The notes: generated by a model not told the origin, from the letters alone. 33,084 nt of DNA from an uncultured Dechloromonas sp. (GCA_964422345.1 CAYRBE010000002.1:1-33084); one strand, 5' to 3'. Positions 18,664 through 27,901 are shown, counted from the first letter of the stretch. Made by a program: numbers and translations.

Positions 18664-19743
18664 TTAAGGTGCCGGGCAGGTAGTCAGGTCTGATCCATAA
18701 GCAGCTGCGCCGGACGTCCGCAAACGAGTGAGATAGCAGTCGTAACGGCCAGCCCACTCAAACGCCTTATCATCTGCCAGCAGCCCCGGCAGATTGGTCA
18801 GATCAATTTCAGCCACCTGCATTAAATCGCTGTTGGTGGCCTGCATTAACCCCTCAACCAGCAACATGTCGCTGAGCAAATACGCCACATATGATGCCGG
18901 GCTACCGACTAAAACTGCCGTTTCCTGAATCGACAGGTCGGCAATACGATCAATCGCAGCAGCCAGATCTGCCCGGGTAAATTGATTTTCTGCTCCCGAG
19001 CCAGACAAGCGCCTGACCGCTGGCAGCACGCCACGACTGACCGGCCGGCTAATCGCCGTCATCGTGACCGGTTCTGGCAAAGCTTGTTGCATCCCGCCAA
19101 GTTTTTTCTGGAGCAAGCCACGAGCCGCAGCAACTTCATCACGGGTCAATGGCTGCAAACCACAAGGAGATGTTTCAGCGTTGCGAATCTCCTGACACAA
19201 ATAGCGTTGCCAGATTTTCTGCCCCAAGGCTTCACCAAAAGCACTCCGCTCGCCCGCAACCTGCAAACTACCACCGCCGACATCAAGGATATGGCTGGTC
19301 GTCAAACGCTCACCGAGTAATTTTCGGGCACCAAAGTAACCGTAAGCACCTTCTCGCAGTTGTGGCATGACCAACACGGCGACGCCGGCTTCCGAGCGAA
19401 TTCTGCGCAGAATATTGACCAGACTTGCAGCGTCCTTCTCACTAGCCAGACGCCAAGCAGAAAAACCTCCGCCGACGCGAGCACAATCCGCCGGAAAACC
19501 TGCCTTGGCGGGCAATTCATTCAAAGCGGCAATCGTTGGCGCAACGACCTCCTCCAACCCACGCCCGGCCCACAGCGGTGAGAGAAAATCAATCTCGGCT
19601 CGCGTCGTTAAATCACTGCCTGCCGCGCCGGCGCGGATACCAGAGGAACCCATGTCAAAAGCAATTCGACAGGATTCATCTGCTACGGTGTACCGGGCAA
19701 AAAGGGCAAAAACCAAACCGGCAAGACAGGCAGCAAAGCGCAT
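18664..19743 (-). CDS. Exported ASKHA-fold phosphatase (Ppx/GppA or GDA1/CD39 NTPDase-like)
   Basis: Signal-peptide-like start MRFAACLAGLVFALFARYTVA at ATG 19743; motifs DMGSSGIR, FSAWR, EGAYGY, DVGGGSLQ. Confidence 0.75.
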   Translation of the reverse strand: MRFAACLAGLVFALFARYTVADESCRIAFDMGSSGIRAGAAGSDLTTRAEIDFLSPLWAGRGLEEVVAPTIAALNELPAKAGFPADCARVGGGFSAWRLASEKDAASLVNILRRIRSEAGVAVLVMPQLREGAYGYFGARKLLGERLTTSHILDVGGGSLQVAGERSAFGEALGQKIWQRYLCQEIRNAETSPCGLQPLTRDEVAAARGLLQKKLGGMQQALPEPVTMTAISRPVSRGVLPAVRRLSGSGAENQFTRADLAAAIDRIADLSIQETAVLVGSPASYVAYLLSDMLLVEGLMQATNSDLMQVAEIDLTNLPGLLADDKAFEWAGRYDCYLTRLRTSGAAAYGSDLTTCPAP

Positions 19744-19748
19744 GGTGA

Positions 19749-20324
19749 TTAGATGTGGAGATAACCCATGGCGCCGACCACCAAGCCCAGCACGGTCGAA
19801 CCATAAACACCCACCAGCAACCAACGCTTACGGGTCAGCAAGGTAATGGCAGAAAGCGCGATTGCGATCTGCAACAAGGTAGTAGCCAAGGCCCAGCGCT
19901 CATGCACATGCATTTCGGCTTCGCTCTGTTTATCGGCGGCCTTGGCTGCATCTTCGAGCTTATCTGCGTCGGCCTTGATTTCTTCTTTTTCCTTCTTGTA
20001 GCGCTCGACGTTCTGTTTGAATTTCTCCTGCGCCTCGCCGGTGGTCAGAGTCACTGAAAGTTCAGCCAGATTCTGCTTATTGCTTTTCGCCTGATAGTAA
20101 TTCCACTGATTAGAAGCCGAAGTCTTCTGAATGGCGGCTTCATTCTTATAGAGCAGCGCCGCATTTTGCGAGTGTCCGCCCATATAACCAAAGATCGCCC
20201 CAACGGTAGACAACAATGCGGTCAATACAGCCAGACGTGAGGTAAAGCTGTCGCCACCGTGCTGGGCAACGTGTTCAACTTCGTGATCGTGCGGTCCATG
20301 CACATGAAATCCATGACCAGACAT
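19749..20324 (-). CDS. DUF4337 family membrane protein
   Basis: His-rich N-terminus, ASNQWNYYQAKSNK motif, three TM segments, LLQIAIALSAITLLT; AGGAG RBS. Confidence 0.85.
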   Translation of the reverse strand: MSGHGFHVHGPHDHEVEHVAQHGGDSFTSRLAVLTALLSTVGAIFGYMGGHSQNAALLYKNEAAIQKTSASNQWNYYQAKSNKQNLAELSVTLTTGEAQEKFKQNVERYKKEKEEIKADADKLEDAAKAADKQSEAEMHVHERWALATTLLQIAIALSAITLLTRKRWLLVGVYGSTVLGLVVGAMGYLHI

Positions 20325-20419
20325 AAATAAAACTCCTTCAATACATTGGGGGGCAAAAAACGACAGAGACGAATTTTAGCGTTATCACCCAGATATTTTG
20401 ACGAAACGAACAAATGATA

Positions 20420-20463
20420 TTGACAGTGATTCTTATTTAACTACAATACGAATTATTCGCATT
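20420..20463 (+). promoter_or_regulatory. Sigma70 promoter of bfd with Fur boxes
   Basis: TTGACA (20420-20425), 16 bp, TACAAT (20442-20447); near-palindrome AATACGAATTATTCGCATT (20445-20463) and GTGATTCTTATT in the spacer. Confidence 0.8.
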
Positions 20464-20493
20464 ACCATTCGATCCGACTTAAGGAATCTCTCC

Positions 20494-20697
20494 ATGTATA
20501 TCTGCGTTTGCCAAGCTGTCACCGACCGCCAGATTCGCGAAGCCGCCCAAGGTGGCGCCCGTACATTGAAAGACCTGCGCCGAGATCTTGGCGTCACCCG
20601 CGACTGTGGCCGCTGCGCCTCTTGCGCCCGTGACTGCCTCAACGAAGCCCACGGCTGCCAATCTAAAGCCGGAAAGTCGCAGCGACACGCCGCGTAA
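20494..20697 (+). CDS. bfd: Bacterioferritin-associated [2Fe-2S] ferredoxin
   Basis: MYICVC...VTDRQI...CGRC; AAGGA RBS before ATG 20494. Confidence 0.95.
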   Translation: MYICVCQAVTDRQIREAAQGGARTLKDLRRDLGVTRDCGRCASCARDCLNEAHGCQSKAGKSQRHAA

Positions 20698-20921
20698 AGC
20701 GGACATCATCCCCGTCTCCTGTTTCAATACCCGCTGAAACAAAAAACTAATTATTACGCACCGATTGACAAGCAAGGCCTAATTACCGCAAGGTACGGCT
20801 TATGATAGGTGTGGCAATGATTGGCGAAGGTCATACCCCCTGTTTTTAATTGTTGCGTTCCGGCATAAATTTCATTGCCGTTCACCGAAAATTAAAGCAT
20901 GAGCATGGAGACAAGGCTCAA

Positions 20922-21425
20922 ATGATGATTCAGGAACATGCAGCAAAGAGCAAGGACACCGACGTCGAAATTGGTGCTGCTCAGGAATACCTCACCTACA
21001 CACTGGGTTCAGAAGAATACGCAATCGACATTCTCAAGGTGCAGGAAATCCGTGGCTACGAAACGCCCACCACCATTGCAAACGCACCTGCCGCCCTCAA
21101 GGGGGTGATCAACCTGCGCGGCACCATCGTGCCGATTGTTGATCTGCGTATCAAATTCAATGTAGGCGCTGCCGACTACACCCCATTTACGGTGGTGATC
21201 ATTCTTAACATCGGCTCACGGATCATAGGCATCGTGGTTGATGGCGTGTCGGATGTCACCATGCTGCGCCCCGACCAAATTCACCGCGCGCCAGAATTTG
21301 CTGCGACGGTAGATACCAAATACATCATGGGTATTTGCACTCTGGACAAGCGAATGCTCATCGTCGTAAACATAGAACAACTTATCCTCTCTGACGAGAT
21401 GGCACTTTTCAATATCAACCTGTAA
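20922..21425 (+). CDS. cheW: Chemotaxis coupling protein CheW
   Basis: [42 protein letters not shown]. Confidence 0.95.
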   Translation: MMIQEHAAKSKDTDVEIGAAQEYLTYTLGSEEYAIDILKVQEIRGYETPTTIANAPAALKGVINLRGTIVPIVDLRIKFNVGAADYTPFTVVIILNIGSRIIGIVVDGVSDVTMLRPDQIHRAPEFAATVDTKYIMGICTLDKRMLIVVNIEQLILSDEMALFNINL

Positions 21426-21460
21426 AAACAAGAAGCCAAAAGCAACATAGGAGCGTAAAA

Positions 21461-24292
21461 ATGCGAAGCAACCTGCCGGTAACGCAAAACGAGATTGTCC
21501 TGCGCGACGATCAAATGATTGTTTCGAAGACTGACCTTAAAGGCCAGATCACCTACATCAATCGTGACTTCCTCGACATCAGCGGCTTCACTGAAGCCGA
21601 ACTGATGGGGCAGCCGCACAATCTCGTTCGTCACCCTGACATGCCGCCGGAGGCCTTTGCCGATTTATGGAGAACGCTCAAGGCTGAACGGCCCTGGATA
21701 GGCATGGTCAAGAACCGTTGCAAAAACGGTGACTATTACTGGGTTGAAGCGCACGCTACGCCGCTCTACGAAAATGGCCAGGTTGTTGGCTATATGTCAG
21801 TACGCAAGAAACCCAGCCGCGCTCAAATCGATGCCACCGATGCAATCTATCGCCAGTTCCGCGAAGGCAAAGCCGGCGGCATGCGAGTTGAACTGGGGCG
21901 GGTGGTTTCCGGCGGAGGCCTCGGACGATCATTTGCCGACATGAGCATCAAGTCAAAATTAAGCTGGGCCATGTTGCTGATGTCAGCCATGCTGCTAATC
22001 ATCGGCGCTATTGGGCTGATGGGAATGAGCAAATCGAACGATGGCCTGCGCGATGTTTACGAATTGCACATGGTCGGCCTTGCCGACGTCACCGGAATCA
22101 ACCGCAATGTTTTACGTAACCGCATCCTGGTTGAGGGCGCACTACTTGATCCGACGCCCGAGAACGTCGCCAAAAAAGCTGAGGAAATGCAGGCCAATAT
22201 AGCGACTATTACCAAGACGGCTAGTGAGTACAAAGCCCGCATGACCGACCCGGCACAAAAGGAAACCTTTGAACGTTTCGCTGCCGATCGCGGCAACTTC
22301 GTAAAAGAAGGCTTGCTGGCCACCATGGAGCTACTCAAAGCCGGCAAAGTCGACGAAGCACGCAAAGTTTTCTTCGAAAAGACCGAACCACTCAACATCA
22401 AGGTTGTTGAACACGTAAATATGCTGCGAGCCTTCCATGTGGATGGTGCCAAACAGGAATTCGCTGAATCTACTGCGCGTTATGAAAACAGCCGCATGAT
22501 TTCAATCGGGCTAATCCTTACCGGGCTGATTTTGGCTTTTGCAGCGGCAACAACGTTGATTCGCAGCATTATCCGCCCGCTGAACGAAGCATCTGACACT
22601 TTCTTGAAGATTAGTCAGGCTCAATATGGCAACTTCGTTGACATCACACGTAATGACGAAACCGGCAAGTTCCTGCAAAAGCTGGAAATCATGCAGACCC
22701 GCCTTGGCTTTGACGTTGCCGAGTCTGCACGCCAGGCTGACGAGACCTTACGGATCAAGATTGCGCTCGACAATGTCAGCACCGGCGTCATGATCGCCAA
22801 CAACGAACGCACCATCATCTACGCCAACACGGCGGTACAACGCATTCTGAAGGGTGCTGAGTCAGCGATTCGCAAGCAACTGCCCAACTTCGATGCTGAC
22901 AATATGATCGGGGTGAATATTGATACCTTCCACAAAAACCCTGAACACCAGGCCAAGCTCCTGGCAAACTTCACCAGCACCTACACAGCCAATCTTGAAA
23001 TTGGTGGCCGCCACCTGAGAGTCACCGCCAGCCCGGTAGTCAATGCTCGCAACGACCGCCTCGGCGCAGTGGCTGAATGGCTGGATCGCACCAATGAAGT
23101 CATGGTCGAAAAAGAAGTTGCGAATATTGTTGATGGCGCGCTGCGCGGCGACTTTGTGACGCGTCTCAACATGGAAGGCAAGGAAGGCTTCTTCAAACAG
23201 TTGTCCGAAGGTCTCAACCAGTTGTCTGAGGTGACCCAGACAGGCTTGACTGATGTGGCACGGGTACTGAAACTGGTAGCTGCAGGTGATCTAACCGAGC
23301 AGATTGATGCTGACTACCAGGGTATTTTCGGCCAACTGAAAGACGACACCAACTCCACCATAGAACGCCTGCGTGAAGTTGTTGGCAACATCAAAGAAGC
23401 CACCGATGCAATCGACACCGCAGCGAAAGAAATCGCTGCTGGTAATCAGGATTTGTCGAGCCGCACAGAAGAACAGGCGAGCAGCCTTGAAGAAACATCT
23501 TCGGCAATGGAGCAACTCAACGCTACCGTCAAGCAGAATGCCGAAAACGCCAAGCAAGCCAACGAACTGGCCAAAACATCCAATGCCGGCGTCGTCAGAG
23601 GCGGCCAGGTGGTTAAGCAGGTCGTAGTCACCATGGGCGAAATACAAGCCAGTTCGAAGCGTATCTCGGACATCATTGGCGTCATCGACGGCATTGCCTT
23701 CCAGACCAACATTCTGGCGCTAAATGCAGCGGTAGAAGCCGCCCGCGCAGGCGAACAAGGACGTGGCTTTGCTGTGGTAGCAACCGAAGTGCGCAGCTTG
23801 GCACAACGCAGCGCGACGGCCGCCAAGGAAATCAAAACACTGATTGCAGAATCAGTCGATAAAGTTGAAAGCGGTGCCAAGCTCGTCCAGCAGGCGGGAA
23901 CGACCATGGACGAAGTCGTGGTCAGCTTCCAGCAGGTAGCCAGCCTGGTCACGGACATTGCCTCGGCATCCCGCGAGCAAAGCGCCGGTATCGAACAAAC
24001 CACACTTGCAGTTTCGCAGATGGACGAAGTAACCCAACAAAACGCTGCATTGGTAGAGGAAGCTGCGGCTGCCGCCGAAAGTCTGGAAGAACAGGCTCGC
24101 GGTTTGGTAGATACCGTCAGCGTCTTCAAACTATCAAGCAGTCAAGGACACGCAGACCACATCCCGGCACTCCGCGCCCCAACCCCGACGCCAAAGCGAC
24201 TGGCTAGTTCCTCAGAACAACCACAGCCGATAGCGAAGAAAGTAGCATTGCCCCACTTTGCTGCAGAAGGCGACGAATGGGATGAGTTTTAA
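21461..24292 (+). CDS. Methyl-accepting chemotaxis protein (Aer-type PAS, periplasmic four-helix bundle, HAMP, Aer2-type PAS, HAMP, signalling domain)
   Basis: RHPDMP/KNR/YYWV Aer PAS, two TM helices, [11 protein letters not shown]...[40 protein letters not shown]-terminal pentapeptide EWDEF. Confidence 0.95.
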   Translation: MRSNLPVTQNEIVLRDDQMIVSKTDLKGQITYINRDFLDISGFTEAELMGQPHNLVRHPDMPPEAFADLWRTLKAERPWIGMVKNRCKNGDYYWVEAHATPLYENGQVVGYMSVRKKPSRAQIDATDAIYRQFREGKAGGMRVELGRVVSGGGLGRSFADMSIKSKLSWAMLLMSAMLLIIGAIGLMGMSKSNDGLRDVYELHMVGLADVTGINRNVLRNRILVEGALLDPTPENVAKKAEEMQANIATITKTASEYKARMTDPAQKETFERFAADRGNFVKEGLLATMELLKAGKVDEARKVFFEKTEPLNIKVVEHVNMLRAFHVDGAKQEFAESTARYENSRMISIGLILTGLILAFAAATTLIRSIIRPLNEASDTFLKISQAQYGNFVDITRNDETGKFLQKLEIMQTRLGFDVAESARQADETLRIKIALDNVSTGVMIANNERTIIYANTAVQRILKGAESAIRKQLPNFDADNMIGVNIDTFHKNPEHQAKLLANFTSTYTANLEIGGRHLRVTASPVVNARNDRLGAVAEWLDRTNEVMVEKEVANIVDGALRGDFVTRLNMEGKEGFFKQLSEGLNQLSEVTQTGLTDVARVLKLVAAGDLTEQIDADYQGIFGQLKDDTNSTIERLREVVGNIKEATDAIDTAAKEIAAGNQDLSSRTEEQASSLEETSSAMEQLNATVKQNAENAKQANELAKTSNAGVVRGGQVVKQVVVTMGEIQASSKRISDIIGVIDGIAFQTNILALNAAVEAARAGEQGRGFAVVATEVRSLAQRSATAAKEIKTLIAESVDKVESGAKLVQQAGTTMDEVVVSFQQVASLVTDIASASREQSAGIEQTTLAVSQMDEVTQQNAALVEEAAAAAESLEEQARGLVDTVSVFKLSSSQGHADHIPALRAPTPTPKRLASSSEQPQPIAKKVALPHFAAEGDEWDEF

Positions 24293-24331
24293 GCGAACGA
24301 CTTTGTATTAGCGCCGAAATCTTGGCGCATT

Positions 24332-24362
24332 AAAAAACCCGCCACTCGGCGGGTTTTTATTT
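24332..24362. terminator. Bidirectional intrinsic terminator
   Basis: AAAAACCCGCC-ACTC-GGCGGGTTTTT between convergent genes; a second hairpin GCGCC..GGCGC sits at 24311-24328. Confidence 0.9.
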
Positions 24363-24379
24363 GGCGGTGAAACAAACAA

Positions 24380-25318
24380 TCAAACCAGACCGAGGCTTTC
24401 TTCTACGCCGAGGTGCACGTTCATCGCCTGTACCGCTGCACCAGATGCACCTTTGCCAAGGTTGTCGAGGCGGGCGACCAGCAGCATGCGCTCAGCGTTG
24501 CCAAAGACTGCGATATCGACGCGGTTGGTGTCGTTGTTAGCTTCAACATTGTAGAAACCACCATCGGTCGTGGCATCAAGATCAACCGGCAGGACGCGGA
24601 TAAACGGCTCGCCAACATAGTAATCCGCAATAATTTTCTGCACTTCGGCCGGGCTGGCTGGGCGAGTGAATTGTTTGGGATGCAGATAGGCAGTGACGGC
24701 CAGCCCCTTGTAGAACGGGCCGACGATGGGCTGGAAGATTGGCTCTACGGTCAAACCGGTGTAGGCACACATTTCCGGCAGGTGCTTGTGAGCCAGCGTC
24801 AAGGCATAGGAACGCGGTGCATCAATACGCTCCGGGCTTTGATACTGGGCGATCATCGACTTACCACCACCGGAGTAGCCGGTGATGGAATTTGCGGCGA
24901 TTTGCGTATCGGCTGGCAACAAGCCGGCGGCAACCAGCGGTTTGAGCGCAAGAATGAAGGCGCTGGCGTGGCAGCCGGGGTTAGCAATCCGTTTAGAGGC
25001 GCGGATTTTGGCGCGCTGGTCCTTGGCGACTTCGGGCAGGCCGAAAGTCCATGCCGGATTGATCCGATGCGCGGTCGAGGCATCAATGATGCAGGTGTTG
25101 GGGTTATCAACCAGCGACACTGATTCCTTGGCGGCATCATCCGGCAGACAAAGGAAAGTAACGTCGGATTCGTTGATCAGTCGCTTGCGTTCGGCAAGGT
25201 CTTTGCGCTTCTCGGCGCTGATTTTGAGCAGCGTGACATCGGCGCGCTTGGCGAGATATTCATTGATCTGCAGGCCGGTCGTGCCTTCCTGTCCGTCGAC
25301 AAAGACTTTGTAGGTCAT
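24380..25318 (-). CDS. argC: N-acetyl-gamma-glutamyl-phosphate reductase (short, type 2 form)
   Basis: [44 protein letters not shown]. Confidence 0.96.
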   Translation of the reverse strand: MTYKVFVDGQEGTTGLQINEYLAKRADVTLLKISAEKRKDLAERKRLINESDVTFLCLPDDAAKESVSLVDNPNTCIIDASTAHRINPAWTFGLPEVAKDQRAKIRASKRIANPGCHASAFILALKPLVAAGLLPADTQIAANSITGYSGGGKSMIAQYQSPERIDAPRSYALTLAHKHLPEMCAYTGLTVEPIFQPIVGPFYKGLAVTAYLHPKQFTRPASPAEVQKIIADYYVGEPFIRVLPVDLDATTDGGFYNVEANNDTNRVDIAVFGNAERMLLVARLDNLGKGASGAAVQAMNVHLGVEESLGLV

Positions 25319-25440
25319 GGTGAATCCAAAGATTTAATGTTGTTTGAACTACGAATTTTGGCAGAAAACGATGACAGTTTGGCGAAAGCTGGCGATCTGG
25401 CTGATATTTTTTACAACATCAGCAACAGATCAGGCAAAAG

Positions 25441-25467
25441 TCACTTTGCTGCAATGCAGCAAAGTGA
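25441..25467. promoter_or_regulatory. Perfect 13-1-13 palindrome, PhaR-like operator
   Basis: TCACTTTGCTGCA-A-TGCAGCAAAGTGA with a CTGC-N3-GCAG core, ending 45 bp before the ATG at 25513. Confidence 0.7.
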
Positions 25468-25512
25468 TAATCTAGTGCCAAATAACTAGATTGAATTGAA
25501 GCGAGAAACAGC

Positions 25513-27834
25513 ATGAGTGAAATTGACCTGAAACGCTTTTTTCTTGAACAAGTACGCTTGTTTGAGACTTTCCCTGCCGACAAGGTTGAGCAGATCGTCA
25601 TCAAGTCACGTCTGGCGACCTACGAAGGCAACGAAGCCATTCTTGAAACCGGAGACGAAGGCAAAACCATAGGCGTAATGATCAGCGGCCACGCTGAAAT
25701 CTCGATGAGCGACAACACAGGCACCCGTACGGTGATTAGCCAGTTGCAATCAGGCGATGTCTTCGGCGTCATGTCCCTGCTCACCGGTGACCGTATTGTC
25801 GCTGACGTAATTGCCGGCACCCGCTGCTTTGTGCTGATGATTCCGCAAGAAGTGTTCAATACAGATATTCTCTCCAACCCGAAGGCGCTCGGCTATCTCT
25901 CGCGCCTCCTGCTTGACCGCACCCGTGCCATGTCAGTTGATCTTGCTACGGCCTCGGCACATGCCGTTGCCAAGTCTAATGATCCCTATGCCCTGACTTT
26001 AAACAGCAGCACACCCGGCGTTTTGGTCGCCTTGAATGTGGGGATCAGCCAGATCCATTTCGGAATTTACAACACGCGCGATCTCGGTGCTGATGTTCAC
26101 GGCATTATTGACCACGCCGATCAGGCGATGACCCGTGTCAGCGTTTCGGTTGGCCCGCAGCGTAAGACCTATGAGCGCGCGCCCTTCCCGATCAGCGACC
26201 TATTCAAGGTGATGAAGGAAGCCACGCAGATGCTTGGCGACGCCTTCGTCTTCCACCCGGAAGATGTCACCGCCTTTGGCCACCGCGTCGTGCATGGCGG
26301 TAACAAGTTCTCCAGCGCAGCCGTGATCACCCCGGCGGTTATTGCCGATATTGAGTCGCTATCCATCTTTGCCCCGCTGCATAACCCGGTCAATATAAGC
26401 GGCATCAAGGAAGCGATGAAGCAATTCCCCGGCGTGCCGCATGTCGCCGTGTTCGATACCGCTTTTCACCAGACCCTGCCACCGTATGCCTACCTCTACG
26501 GCCTGCCCTACGACCTCTACAAGCAGCACGGCATTCGCCGCTACGGCTTCCATGGCACCTCGCACCGTTATGTGTCCCTGAAGGCTGCGGAAGTTCTCAA
26601 GCGGCCACTGGGTGAGCTTGAAATCGTCTCCTGCCACCTCGGCATTGGTGCTTCGCTGTGCGCGATTGACCATGGCCGCTCGGTTGATACCACAATGGGC
26701 ATGACCCCGACCGATGGCCTGATTATGCCCAGTCGTTCAGGCAGCATTGATCCGGCGGTAATGATTCACCTGATGGAAAACCATCACATGTCGCCAGATC
26801 AGCTTTCACACCTGATCAACACTGAAAGCGGCCTGAAAGGCATTTCCGGGATTTCCAGCGACATCCACGAAATCGAAGAAGCGGCAGCCGATGGCCACCA
26901 CCGCGCCCTGCTTGCCCACAAAGCTTTCTGCTATCAGGTTCGCAAAAACATCGGCGCCTATGTTGCGGCCATGGGCGGAATTGATGCGCTGGTGTTTACC
27001 GGCGACATCGGCGAAACCAGCGCCACGGTGCGTAGCCTCACCTGCCAGGGCCTCGGCTACATGGGAATCAAGCTCGATGAGGAAAAGAACCGCAACCTGA
27101 GCAATCTCAGTTCATTTGCAGTTATCTCCACCGATGACTCACCGGTCACCATCATGGTCATCATCAATGATGACGAACGTCTGGTTGCCTGGGAAGCTTT
27201 GCGTGCCATCGAGCGCAATCAACTGACAATGGCTGCCAAAGCGGAAGAAGAAGCGCCGATCCCAATCGAAATTTCGGCCCACCACGTCCATCTTTCGCAA
27301 ATTGATGTTGAAAAGCTGTTTGGCCCCGGCCATCAGCTGACCCCAGAGCACGAACTATCTCAGCCCGGCCAGTATGCCTGCGCCGAGAAAGTGCATCTGG
27401 TTGGCCCCAAAGGGCGAATCGCCAATGTTCGCGTCCTTGGCCCGACCCGTAAGGAAACTCAGGTCGAGATCGCGATGACCGAGCAGTTCAAGGTCGGCAT
27501 CCAACCACCAATCCGTCAGTCAGGCGATCTGGTCAATACGCCGGGCATCACGCTGGAAGGTCCTTACGGTACGAGCACGCTGGAACGTGGCGTGATTTGT
27601 GCCCAGCGCCACATTCACATGACGCCGGAAGATGCCCTGCGTTTCCGGGTCCGTGACAACTACGTCGTCCGGGTGCGGATTGAAGGTGAGCGCGAGTTGA
27701 TCTTTGGTGACGTTGTCGTCCGGGTCAACCCGGCTTTCCGGCTCGCCATGCATATTGATACCGATGAAGGCAATGCGGGCAACATCCGTACCGGGATGAT
27801 CGGCTATATCGACGAAATCCAGCAGCGTCGCTAA
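25513..27834 (+). CDS. Fusion of cNMP-binding-like domain, acetate/propionate kinase and PduL phosphotransacylase
   Basis: N-terminal CAP_ED-like domain (GDVFG..SLL); kinase motifs GHRVVHGG, APLHNP, VFDTAFH, YGFHGTSH; PduL motifs HVHLS, LSQPGQYA, VRVLGP, IRQSGDL, AQRHIHM, MHIDTDEGNA. Confidence 0.92.
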   Translation: MSEIDLKRFFLEQVRLFETFPADKVEQIVIKSRLATYEGNEAILETGDEGKTIGVMISGHAEISMSDNTGTRTVISQLQSGDVFGVMSLLTGDRIVADVIAGTRCFVLMIPQEVFNTDILSNPKALGYLSRLLLDRTRAMSVDLATASAHAVAKSNDPYALTLNSSTPGVLVALNVGISQIHFGIYNTRDLGADVHGIIDHADQAMTRVSVSVGPQRKTYERAPFPISDLFKVMKEATQMLGDAFVFHPEDVTAFGHRVVHGGNKFSSAAVITPAVIADIESLSIFAPLHNPVNISGIKEAMKQFPGVPHVAVFDTAFHQTLPPYAYLYGLPYDLYKQHGIRRYGFHGTSHRYVSLKAAEVLKRPLGELEIVSCHLGIGASLCAIDHGRSVDTTMGMTPTDGLIMPSRSGSIDPAVMIHLMENHHMSPDQLSHLINTESGLKGISGISSDIHEIEEAAADGHHRALLAHKAFCYQVRKNIGAYVAAMGGIDALVFTGDIGETSATVRSLTCQGLGYMGIKLDEEKNRNLSNLSSFAVISTDDSPVTIMVIINDDERLVAWEALRAIERNQLTMAAKAEEEAPIPIEISAHHVHLSQIDVEKLFGPGHQLTPEHELSQPGQYACAEKVHLVGPKGRIANVRVLGPTRKETQVEIAMTEQFKVGIQPPIRQSGDLVNTPGITLEGPYGTSTLERGVICAQRHIHMTPEDALRFRVRDNYVVRVRIEGERELIFGDVVVRVNPAFRLAMHIDTDEGNAGNIRTGMIGYIDEIQQRR

Positions 27835-27852
27835 GCGTCAGCAAGCTGAATT

Positions 27853-27883
27853 AAAAAGGGATGGCCATGGCCATCCCTTTTTT
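27853..27883. terminator. Bidirectional terminator (perfect 30-bp palindrome)
   Basis: AAAAAGGGATGGCCATGGCCATCCCTTTTT between convergent genes. Confidence 0.88.
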
Positions 27884-27901
27884 GTTTATTACCAAAAATA
27901 A

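Noticed and set aside
20774-20800. GGCCTAA-TTACC-GCAA-GGTA-CGGC hairpin upstream of cheW resembling part of a c-di-GMP-I riboswitch
   Set aside because: The upstream GGCAAA...GAAA...GACGCAAA elements are missing; an Rfam covariance search would be needed to rescue it.
20811-20884. Sigma54 or sigma28 promoter for cheW-mcp
   Set aside because: GG-to-GC spacing is 9 rather than 10 nt, and TAAA-to-GCCG spacing is far shorter than the sigma28 consensus.
24413-25123. 236-aa plus-strand ORF
   Set aside because: Antisense to argC; a typical codon-bias shadow ORF.
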